DNA of 64,000 nucleotides, from NCBI GenBank assembly GCA_002269645.1, contig NIVC01001666.1, positions 186,001 through 250,000 on the forward strand. Direction: 5' to 3'. The notes beneath the pieces are model-generated. The model did not search any database and was not told the origin of the DNA. It was given only the letters and a program-made list of their open reading frames with translations. Position numbers and translations under genes: made by a program. The stretch comes from Macrostomum lignano (taxonomy: Eukaryota). Numbering within the stretch: the stretch's first letter is position 1; each line of letters begins with the position of its first letter. Shown here piece by piece: positions 48,501 through 60,500 of this stretch.

Positions 48501-51500
48501 AATTCTATGAAGGCTAGCTTTACTCGTACGCCAAAATGCACTAACGAGATGTTATGTTTGAATCAGATCGAGAGCTAATCTTTTAATAAAATCTGTTTAT
48601 TGCTTCTAATTACAAGATATTCCATTGCTAGACAATGCAAGTCATTTAAAACACGAGCTAGACTTAGCTATGACTATTTTTCAAATAGCTCTTTGCAAAA
48701 ATTAGTGGAGCAATGAAACTAGCAAGCTGTATTAAAAGCCCCTGTTTTGTGCCAAAATGTTTATCTATTTCTTGTATATTTTGGTGTATAACCAGCTTTA
48801 AAGGATTTCGAAGAAACAGAGTTTCCGATCATAATCAAAATAATAATAATCGCACGAGGTATGTAGGCGTACTGGCATGGCGCTACGTTGTTAGCGACAA
48901 CGTGTACAGCGAAAAGGTGTATACAAAGGTGTACAGCGACCCTTGGCTTTTTAATCGTCAGGCATGTACGCTCTCTATGCCTTGGGGGTTGGCCCTCGTA
49001 ACACGACAACCCTCCTGCCCCAAATGAAAGTGTTTGCGCACGGAATCAAACCAAGGGGTCACGGCGCGAGAGTCAGACGCGCTTACCGCTGAGATGCTCT
49101 GCCCCGCCCCTCTCCCGTGCCACTAAAAAGTTGGCTTTGGTTTCTTTATGCTTAACAAGATCAACAAGAACCAAATGAACCAACATATTCTAATGCAATT
49201 CAACTCGCAGGGCATGCTGGGCTGCGACCTGCGCCAAGACAGGCCGTACCGGGGCACCCTGATCCGCCTGCCGCTCCGTTCGCCAGCTCTGGCTAGAAAG
49301 TCGCGCATCCGTCAGCTCCACTACTCGGTTAACGACGCCTGGTCTCTGATGCGACAGACTGCTGAGCAGGCGACTAATCTCATCATGTTCGCCCAGTCGG
49401 TGCGCCGGCTGCGGCTCGCTTATCGAGGCGAGGGCCACTCAGAATGCAAGGTTTGGATTTGGAGCTATTTCTGATTATGGCGGTTAGAGTTCGTCCCAAT
49501 GCAATAGGCTAGTAACTCTTGCGTTTGAGTAAGGAATAGATCTTCATCCATAAACAGAATTGTTGGCTTACTTAGTGGGAATTGTTAGCCTATCAAGTAG
49601 GTTGTTGAATGAATTGTCAGTCAATCAGAAGTTTACAAAGTGATTTGTTGGCGTATAACCGGGATTGTTGGTCCTGAAGAGTTTAAAAGTGTTGATCAGT
49701 CACTCGAAAACTCCCACTCTAGACACTGGGGAACAAGTGCCTAGGTATATGCTAAATCAAATAAATCTTACTGAAGCGGCTCCTCTGGTAACTTGCAAGC
49801 GTCTTTGTCTTGAAGGGTGTAGCTGACCTTGCTTGCTGTAGTGACGGCTGGCTTCCGTGGATCCTTGACTTTAACTGTGGGTCGACCAAAAACGAGAGCG
49901 AATCAGAGATCTTGACGGTCCTCGAGCTCGGAATTAACAATAGAACGTGCGCCCTAATGAACAATTGAATTCTCTGAGTTCTGTAATCCAATATACTAAA
50001 AATCAAAACTATGTACCTATAGGAACCTTCGCTTAACTTCACTCTACATGGTCGGAATTTCGTGGGGTTTTCTGCATTCGATGCGTATTGATGGTGCGCT
50101 GGTACACAAAATTTTGCTAAGAAATTGCTTTATTTTTTCGGGCTTAAATATTCGAAAAACTCGATTTTTACCCCGTTTTTTAAAGTTCAAACAGTTCTTT
50201 CCGATTGAGAAGCAGTCTGACTGCCGATGGAATTGTATTGCATCATAACTCAGTGCCAACTATAGCATTGGTTCTCTACACTCGCGTGGAGAGCTACAAG
50301 CGTTGAAAGGTTGCGCAACACATTTTAGATACTGAAATTGAGGGGCGGGTGTCGCTATTCAATTAGTCCTGGGCATTGGCTTGGTTGTTAATTTTAATGG
50401 ATCAACTTGCAGGCCTCTCACTGTAACTGGCGCTGAATGTACACCTTTATGAATTTGAATGCTTTAAAGCAGGAATGTTCAATTGTTATTTTTGCTTCGA
50501 GTTTTTCACTTTCAGAAGAGAGCCTTGTATTGCTGGAAAGAGCTAGAAACGCTGAGTTCGGGAATATAATTTGTTTGCTGAGATTCGAAAAATGAAAAGC
50601 ACAGCATTAAAAAGAAGATTTCTATGCATTTTACTATATATACTCATTGTACACTCTCCCATAACGCAAACCCCTACTTTATCGCAACTCCACAATTCAA
50701 ACCAGCGCCATTGGATTTCAATTTAGATTGCGTAACCATATTGTTGACTTTAATTGTTGACTTTAATAATTGAAACTGATATTGACTGCCTGAGAAATTG
50801 ATTATGTCATAACTTGCTTCGAGCGATTTCTACTCTATGCTTGGAGTTTTCAGTGTTGAAATATATAAGTGCTAAAATTCATAGTGCTAAATTCAGAGAG
50901 CTAGCCTAGAAGTGAACAGACTGAACTGCTAATGCAGCGACGTGGGTTCGAATTTTTAGAGTGTAAAAGTTTTTTCTTAAAAATTTTAATTTCAAGACAG
51001 TTGAAGGAAACTTTAAAAAACGTCAAATAAATCAGATAAAAGAGAAGAAGCTACGAGCGTTCATGTAGTGTATTCGAAAATTCTTATTAAACTTTAACTT
51101 TTGAAAAGGATTATTGCACTAGATAAGAAATTAATTATTGTACGAGTACTAGCTGAGGAAATTTTCTTACTATCTTGCTTGGGGTACTTTATATCAGGGG
51201 ATGCTTGCTATCGGAAGGACGCTTGCTCTTAGGGATGCTTGCTCAGGGGAGATTGCTGAGATGCCAAGACTTACTGGGGAATTATTCAAATATGCAGGCT
51301 TACTGGGGGAATTACTGAGATGTCAAAGGCTTAAAACGGACTTGCTGAGATGCCAAGGCTTAAGAGGAAATTGCTGAGATTTCAAGGCGTGGGGGAATCT
51401 CTGAGATGTCAAGGCTTTGGACGCCTTGATAGCTAAGATTTCAAGACTTACCGGGGGAATAACTGAGATATAAAGGCTTACGCAGGGAATTACTGAGATG

Positions 51501-54500
51501 TGAAGGCTTGGGGAGGTATCGCTGAGATAGCAAGGCTTTGGATGGGGAGAAATTGCTAAGATGTCAAAACTTACTGGAGGAATCACCGAGATATAAAGGC
51601 TTACTTGGAGGACTGCTGAGATGTCAAGGCTTGGGGAAAATTTATGAGACGTCAAGTCTTGGGGGGTTCCTGAAATTTCAAGTCTTGAGAGCGAATTGCT
51701 GAGATAACAAAGCTTAAGAGAGAATTACTGAGGTGTCAAGCTTGGGGGAAATTGTTGAGATATCAATTCTTGGGGGGGGGATTCTATGGATTGGAGATTC
51801 TTTCCACAAGGGCTGCTTCTAATGGATATCTTTAGATAGGTGATTCATTGGGAAATTCCTTCGATCGGGGATTCTTTCGATGGAGGGTTCTTTGAATGGG
51901 GGGTTCTTTAGATGAATGATTCATTCGATAAAGGGATCCTTTTGGATATGGCATTGTTTGGACGGGGATTCTTTAGATGAGTCTTCGGATAGGGGTTTCT
52001 ATAAATGGGAGGTTTTTTGGATGGGGTATTCTTTGCATGTGAGATTCTTTGTATCGTGGATTCTTTGGATGGGAGATTCAGTTGGGTTAAATTTTATTGT
52101 GTAAGAAAACTGTGGTTGGAGTTTGGACGAAAAGCCCAAACGGGGGTTGGAATTGGCTAGCTGAGGAAATTGTTTCACTAATCTTGCTGGGGGTACTTTC
52201 TATCAAGGGATGATTGCTATCAGAAGGACGTTTTCTCTTGGGGATGCTTGCTCGGAATAAAATTCTAAGATGTCAAGATTTACAGGGGAATTATTGAGAT
52301 ACATGTATAAAATCTTACCTTAAGAGAGACTTGCTGAGATGCCAAGGCTTGTGAGGGGAATTGCTGAGATTTCAAGTCTTAGGGGTAAACTGCTGAGATG
52401 TCAAGTCTAAGGGGTAAACTGCTGAGATGTCAAGTCTAAGGGGTAAACTGCTGAGATGTCAAGTCTAAGGGGTAAACTGCTGAGATGTCAAGTCTTAGGG
52501 GTAAACTGCTGAGATGTCAAGTCTTAGGGGTAAACTGCTGAGATGTCAAGTCTTAGGGGTAAACTGCTGAGATGTCAAGTCTTAGGGGTAAACTGCTGAG
52601 ATGTCAAATCTAAGGGGTAAATTGCTGAGATGTCAAGTCTAAGGGGTAAACTGCTGAGATGTCAAGTCTTAGGGGTAAACTGCTGAGATGTCAAGTCTAA
52701 GGGGTAAATTGCTGAGATGTCAAGTCTTAGGGGTAAACTGCTGAGATGTCAAGTCTTAGGGGTAAATTGCTGAGATGTCTAATCTTGTCGCCGTCGGGGA
52801 ATTGCTGAGATGCCAAGGCTTAAGAGGGACTTGCTCAGATGTCAAAGCTTGTGGGGAATCAAGGCTCAGAGGGAGTTCCTGAGATGTCAAGTCTTGGGAA
52901 GGAGAATTACTCAGATGTCAAGGCTTGGGGAATTTCTGAGATGTCAAGGCTTGGGGGATTGCTGAGCTGTGAAGGCTTAAGAAGGAATTGCTGAGGTGTC
53001 AAGACTTTGGGAGGGAAATCGCTGAGATGCCAATGCTTTGGACGGGGAGAAATTGCTAAGATGTCAAGACTTACTGGAGGAATTACTGAGATATGAAGGC
53101 TTACTGGGGGAATTACTGATATGTCAAGGCTTGGGGAGGGGAATTACTGAGAAGTCAAGGCTTTGGACGGGGAGAAATTGGTAAGATGTCAAGGCTTGCG
53201 CCGGAATTGCTGAGATGTCAATGCTTGGGGGAAATTTCTGAGGTGTCGAGGCTTGGGGGAACGGCTGAGATGTTAAGCCTTGGGGAAATTCTATGGATTG
53301 ATGATTCTTTGGATGAGGGATGCTTTTAATGTATATCTTTGATTCATTGAGGAATTCCTTCGATGGGGCATTGTTTCGATGGAGGATTTTTTGAATCGGG
53401 GGATTCTTTAGATAAAGGATTCTTTTGATGGGGGATATTTGGACGGGGGTTTTTTAGATGAGGGGATTCTTTGGCCAAGAATTCTATTGATAGGGGAATT
53501 ATTTGGATGGGAGATTCTTTGGATTCTTTGGATGGGGATTTTGTGGATGGGGATTATGATATGAATTATTTGGGTGGATTCTTTGGATATGGATGGATGG
53601 AGGATTCTTTGGATGGGAATTCTGTGGATGAGGATTTATTGAGTAGGGGATTCATTGGATGGGGAATTCTTCAGATGGGAGGATTCCTTGAAAGGGGAAT
53701 TCTTCGGATCGGTGATTCAATCGATGGGGGTTCTTTGGATAAAGGATTCTTTGCATGTGAGATTTTTTGCATCGGAGATTTTGTGGATAGGGAAAACTGT
53801 GATTGGAGTTTGGACGGAAAGCCCCAACGGACTTATTTCTGTAATAAGGGATTCATTGGACGGGGAATTCTTCAGATGGGAGGATTCATTCTTCGGATCG
53901 GGGATTCTATCAATGGGATGGGATGGGATGGGACGGGAAGGATTGGTATTCTTTGCATGTCAGATTCTATGGATGGGCGACTCATTAAATAGGGAATTCT
54001 ACAGATAGAGGATTCCTTGAATGGGGAATTCTTCGGATCGGGGATTCTGTCGATGGGGGGTTCTTTGTATGGGATTCTTTGGATGAGGGTTTTTTGCATG
54101 TGAGATTATTTGCATCAGGGACTTTATGGATTAGAGATTCTTTGGATGGGGGGTTGTGTTGGGTGAATTTCTTTTGCGTGGGAAAACTTTGGTAGGAGTT
54201 CTGACGGAAAGCCCCAACGGGGGTTGGAATTGGCTAGTCCTATATACTAAAAATGAGTTGTCTGTATGTGGGTAGGTATGCGATAGATTTCAGAAAAAAT
54301 GGCTCAACCGATTTTCTTCAAACCTGCACCATTTGATCAGAAATTTTCCTGGGACGGTACATGCATCTTGGCTAAGAAATTGCTCAATGTTAAAGGGATT
54401 AAATATTCGAAAAACCTGCTTTTTTGCAAAGGTCAAGCAGCTCTTTCGACCTAAAATTCATTGTAAGAATGCTAGAGAAAAAACTGACTGGCTGAATTCC

Positions 54501-57500
54501 GATTGTGATAAAGATTGCATCACAACAAGTTGAAAACAGTGCCGAAGAAATGCACACACGACTTGATTTAAATTGCGTAACCAATATTACTAACTCAAAT
54601 TGAGACTGATACTGGCTGACTGAGAAATTGATTATGTCATAACTTTTTACTTCAATTGACTTGCTGTAAGAATTGAATTATAAGGGCCACAATTCACGTT
54701 CTCCAATTGGAAAGATATAGCCAAGATGCGAACAGACTGGAATGCTAATGTAGCGACCTGGGTTCGAATCTTAGTAGTGCAAAAAGATTTTTTTTATCAA
54801 AACACCTTAAAAACACAACAAAACTGCTAAACATAATAGAAGCGCAATGTCAAACAACGAAGAGCGACCATGTCGAACATTATAGAGCCAACATTTCGAA
54901 TATAAAAGAGTTACCATGTCAAACATAAAATAAGCACTATGTCAAACATATACGTGACTCCATGTCAACGATTAAAAAGCCACCATTTCAAACATAGAAG
55001 AGCCACTATGTCAAACCTAAACAAGCCACCACGTCTAACATTAAAGAGCCACCATGTCAAACATTTAAGAGCCACCATGTCAAACATTAAAGAGCCCCCA
55101 TGTCAAACATTTAAGAGCCACCATGTCAAACATTTAAGAGCCACCATGTCAAACATATATGTGACTTTATGTCAAACTTTAAAGAGCCACCATTTCGAAC
55201 ATCAAATAGCCACTTTGTCGAAAATTAAAGAGCCACCGTGTCAAACATAGAAGAGCCACCATGTTAAACATAGAAGAGCCACCATGTCAGACATTAAAAA
55301 GCCACCGTATCAAACATAAAAGAGTTACCATGTAGAACAAAAAACAGCCACCATGTCGAACATAAAAGAGCCACCATGTAGAATATTAAAGAGCCACCAT
55401 GAAGAACATTAAAGAGCCACCATGAAGAACATTAAAGAGCCACCATGTCAAACATAAAAGAGCCACCATGTCAGACATTAAAAAGCCACCGTATCAAACA
55501 TAAAAGAGTTACCATGTAGAACATTAAAGAGCCACCATTTCAAACAGTAAAGAGCCACCATGTCAAACATAAAAGAGCCACCATGTCAAACATTAAAAAG
55601 CCACCATGTCAAACATAAAAGAGCCACCATGTAGAATATTAAAGAGCCACCATGAAGAACATTAAAGAGCCACCATGTCAAACATTTAAGAGCCACCATG
55701 TCAAACATTTAAGAGCCACCATCTCAAACATATATGTGACTTTATGTCAAACTTTAAAGAGCCACCATTTCGAACATTAAATAGCCACTTTGTCAAACAC
55801 TAGAGAGCCGCCGTGTCAAACATAAAAGAGCCACCAGGTTAAACATTAAAGAGCCACCATGTCAGACATTAAAAAGCCACCGTATCAAACATAAAAGAGT
55901 TACCGTGTAGAACATTAAAGAGCCACTATTTCACACAGTAAAGAGCCACCATGTCAAACATAAAAGAGCCACCATGTCAAACATTAAAAAGCTACCATGT
56001 CGAACATAAAAGAGCCACCATGTCAAACATTAAAAAGCTACCATGTCGAACATTAAAGAGCTACCATGTCAAACATTAAAGAGCCACCATGTCAAACATT
56101 AAAGAGCCACCATGGCGAACATTAAAGAGCCACCATGGCGAACATTAAAGAGCCACCATGTCAAACATAAAAGAGCCACCATGTCAAACATTAAAAGTCA
56201 CCATGCTAAACATTAAAGAGCCACCATATCAAGCATAAAAGAGCCACCATGTCAAACATTAAAAAGCTACCATGTCGAACATTAAAGAGCTACCATGTCA
56301 AACATTAAAGAGCCACCATGTCAAACATAAAAGAGCCAACATGTCAAACATTAAAAAGCTACCATGTCGAACATTAAAGAGCTACCATGTCAAACATTAA
56401 AGAGCTATCATGTCGAACACAAAATAGCCACAATGTCAAACATTGAAGAGACACTATGTCAAACGTATACGTGACTCCATGTCAAACATAAAAGTGCCAC
56501 CATGTCAAACTTTAAAGAGCCACCATGGCGAACATTAAAAAGCCACCATGTCAAACATAAAAGTGCCACTATGTCAAACATTAAAGAGCCACCATGTCGA
56601 ACATTAAAGAGCCACCATGTCAAACACTAAAGAGCCACCATGGCGAACATTAAAGAGCCACCATGGCGAACATTAAAGAGCCACCATGTCAAACATAAAA
56701 GAGCCACCATGTCAAACATTAAAAGTCACCATGCTAAACATTAAAGAGCCACCATATCAAGCATAAAAGAGCCACCATGTCAAACCTAAAAGAGCCATCA
56801 TGTCAAACATAAAAGAGCCAACATGTCAAACATAAAACAGCCAACATGTCAAACATAAAGAGCCACCATGTCAAACATTTAAGAGCCACCATGTCAAACA
56901 TATATGTGACTTTGTGTCAAACATTAAAGAGCCACCTTTTCGAACATTAAAGAGCCACCATTTCGAACATTAAAGAGCCACCATGTCAAACATGAAAGAG
57001 CAATAACATGAAGAATATTAAAGAGCCACCATGTCGAACATTTAAGAGCCACCATGTTAAACCTAAAAGAGCCACCATGTTAAACCTAAAAGAGCCACCA
57101 TGTTAAACCTAAAAGAGCCACCATGTTAAACCTAAAAGAGCCATCATGTTAAACCTAACAGAGCCATCATGTCAAACCTAAAAGAGCCACCATGTCGAAC
57201 ATTTAAGAGCCACAATGTAAAATATTAAAGAGCCACCATTTCGAACATATAAGTGACTTTATGTCAAACATTAAAGAGCCACCATGTCAAACATTAAAGA
57301 GCCACCATGTTAAACATAAAAGAGCCACCATGTAGAATATTAAAGAGCCACTATGTTGAACATTAAACAGCCATCATGTCAAACCTAAAAGATCCACCAT
57401 TTCGAACACTTAAGAGCCACAATGTAGAATATTAAAGAGCTACCATGTCAAACATTTAAGAGCCACCATGTAAAACATTAAAGAGCCACCATTTGAAACA

Positions 57501-60500
57501 TTAAAGAGTCACCATGTCAAACATTAAGGAGCCACCATGTCAAACATTTAAGAGCCACCATGTCAAACCTAAAAGAGCCACCATGTCAAACATAAAAGAG
57601 CCACCATGTCAAACATAAAAGAGCCACCATGTCAAACATAAAAGAGCCACCATGAAAAACATTAAAGAGCCACTTTCTCGAACATTAAAGAGCCACCATG
57701 TCAAACATTTAAGAGCCACCATGTCAATTATATATGTGTCTTTATGTCAAACATTAAAGAGCCACCATTTCGAACATTAAGGAGCCACCATGTCAAACAT
57801 TTAAAAGCCTCCTTTTGAAACATTAAATAGCCACTTTGTCGAACATTAAAGAGCCACTGTGTCAAACATAAAAGAGCCACTGTTTCAAAAATAAAAGAGC
57901 CACCAGGTTAAACATTAAAGAGCCACCATGTCAAACATAAAAGAGCCACCATGTTAAACATAAAAGAGCCACCATGTCTGACATTAAAAAGCCATCGTTT
58001 CAAACATAAAACAGTTGCCATGTAGAACATAAAACAGCCACCATGTCAAACATGGTGGCTGTTTTTTCCCTGACAATATCGCCCCCTGTATCCTGCAGGA
58101 GGCGCTAAAGCTGCAAAACTTTGCTGATTCTTTCTCTAAATTGCTTGTTGACTGTTATACCACAGGTTACATTCCCACAATCTGGAGAATGTCCAGAGTC
58201 GTGTTCATCCCGAAACCTGCTAAGGGTGACTACACCAACGTGAAATCCTTCCGGCCCATCAGCCTCACTTCCTTTTGTGTTAAGCTGATGGAGAGGCTCA
58301 TCCTGTGGAGGCTTCGAGAGTGCGACCTGCGCTCCGACCCTGTCAGTAAGTACCAGTACGCCTTCCAGCCTGGGAGGACGACTGAGCATGCTCTCCACGC
58401 CATTACCTCCAAAATTGAGAGTGCCATCCTTAGCAAACAACTCGCTTGCGGGTTGTTCGTTGACTTCGAAGGAGCATTTGACAATGTCCTCTTCCGCTCC
58501 TTCAGAAATTCTCTTTCCCGCAGGAATGTAAGACACAGCATTGTTCGCTGGATTTATTTTATGATCCGCAAAAGGTTTGTGACATCCACACTTATGGGCG
58601 TTACCCTCACCCGGGCGGTGATGAAAGGCGGCCCGCAAGGTGGCGTGCTAACTCCACTTCTCTGGAATCTCGTCATGGACGAACTTCTAACCGCTGACAT
58701 TCCCAGCAGTATCACCAGGGCGGGCTACGCCGATGACGTTGCCGCGGTCGTCAGCGGACCCGACCCCGCCACTCTGCGCAACCTGATGCAGCAATTCGCC
58801 GACAAGGCGGCCGACTGGGCTACACAGCATGGCCTAAAAATCAGCGTCACTAAGACTGTCGCTGTCGTTTTCACCAAGCGCCGTAAATGGGAGATGAAAA
58901 ACCTCACTGTCTATGGCAGAAACATCCCCTTCAAGAAGGAGGTCAAATACCTCGGTGTGACGCTAACGCATGACCTGCGCTGGACGAAGCACCTTGATAA
59001 CGTCATCGGTCGGGCAAAACGCTGCTTTGCCCAGCTGCGCAGAGCCATCGGGCCGACTTGGGGCCTCTCGCCTAGAACGGTCCGTTGGATTTATACCGGC
59101 ATCATCCGGCCCAGTATCACATACGCGAGTCTCATCTGGACTAGCGTGCTGGAGCAGAAGGCCGCCCGTCAGCGGCTGTACCAGCTTCAGGGCAGCATTT
59201 GCCGTGCCATCACAGGTGCGTACCCGTCCACCCCTTACGAGGGGCTGAACACTATCCTTAACCTACCTCCGCTTCACCTATTTATTAGGGCGGAGGCTAT
59301 GAAGTCTGCCTCCCGGCTTATCAGAGATAAAACGTTAAATAACGCGCCCTCTGGCTTTATGCCAATGAAAACATTAATCCCGCATATGGACTTTGTCCGC
59401 CGCGACCTTAACAACATCCACATGGACCTGGGCAATGTGGATAGTCGACCTCCCGCCCTCAACATCAGGAGGGGCTTCAAGACCGCCATCCCTGGCCGAG
59501 ACAACATTCCGCTGGATGTCGGTGTGAACCGGCGCAGCCAGGGCATTCACTGCTTCACCGACGGCTCGCTGTTCAACGGCCGCGCTGGAGCGGGTATTGC
59601 CATTTTCCACGAGGGTAAGATGCTTCTCCAGGAAAGTCTGCACCTCGGTGAGAACACCTCAGTTTTCCAAGCTGAAATTTGCGCCATTGAGCAGTGTGCC
59701 CAGCAACTGTTTCAGGCGAACATTAATAATTTTGACATTAATTTCTACACTGATAGCCAAGCTGCTATTAAGGCCTTAACCACTGAGAATATCTCCGCTG
59801 CTACAGTATCTCAATGCCACCGCAGTGTGCAATCTCTCTCAGTCCTTAACAGGATTAGAATTATCTGGACACCTGGTCACAGCAACATCCTGGGCAACGA
59901 GCTCGCGGACTCTCTCGCCAAGGAGGGCAGCAACCCAGACGGCAACCACCGTCTGATGAGGCTACCCACCCCCAGGTCGCAAGTCACCCGCCATATCAAC
60001 AGGTGGCTCCATCAGCAGCACCAGCTCCACTGGAACAGCTGCACCGAGTACAGGCAGAGCCGCTCTGCCATGCCTAACCTGAACAGGAAAGTCTCTGATT
60101 ATCTGATTTCGCTTAACAGAACCGACCTCAGGGAGATGTGCATGGTCCTAACCGGCCACGGATTCTTCCAGAGACATATATCGTTGCAAACCGGTTGCCC
60201 TCCCACCTGTCCCTTCTGTGGCATAGGAGAGGAGACCGCGGAGCATCACGTCACCTTCTGCCCTTACTTCAACAAGGCGCGGCACAAATACCTCGGCCAC
60301 CCCCAGCGGATGGACGAGCTGACCACCGCGGACAATATCCGAGACCTCCGCGCCTTCGTCCGGGACTCCGGCCGGATGAGGGTCGCCGATGCCTCCACTG
60401 CGGACCTGCCGACTACTGGCGGGGACTGGGCGCACCCCCAAGGCTAATCCTTGTGCTCTTTTACCTTGGGGTTGCGATAGGGGCCTCGCGGCCTATTCGC

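Noticed and set aside
50898-50958. Functional tRNA gene
   Set aside because: Acceptor stem and D-arm pairing cannot be built; reported only as a tRNA-like relic.
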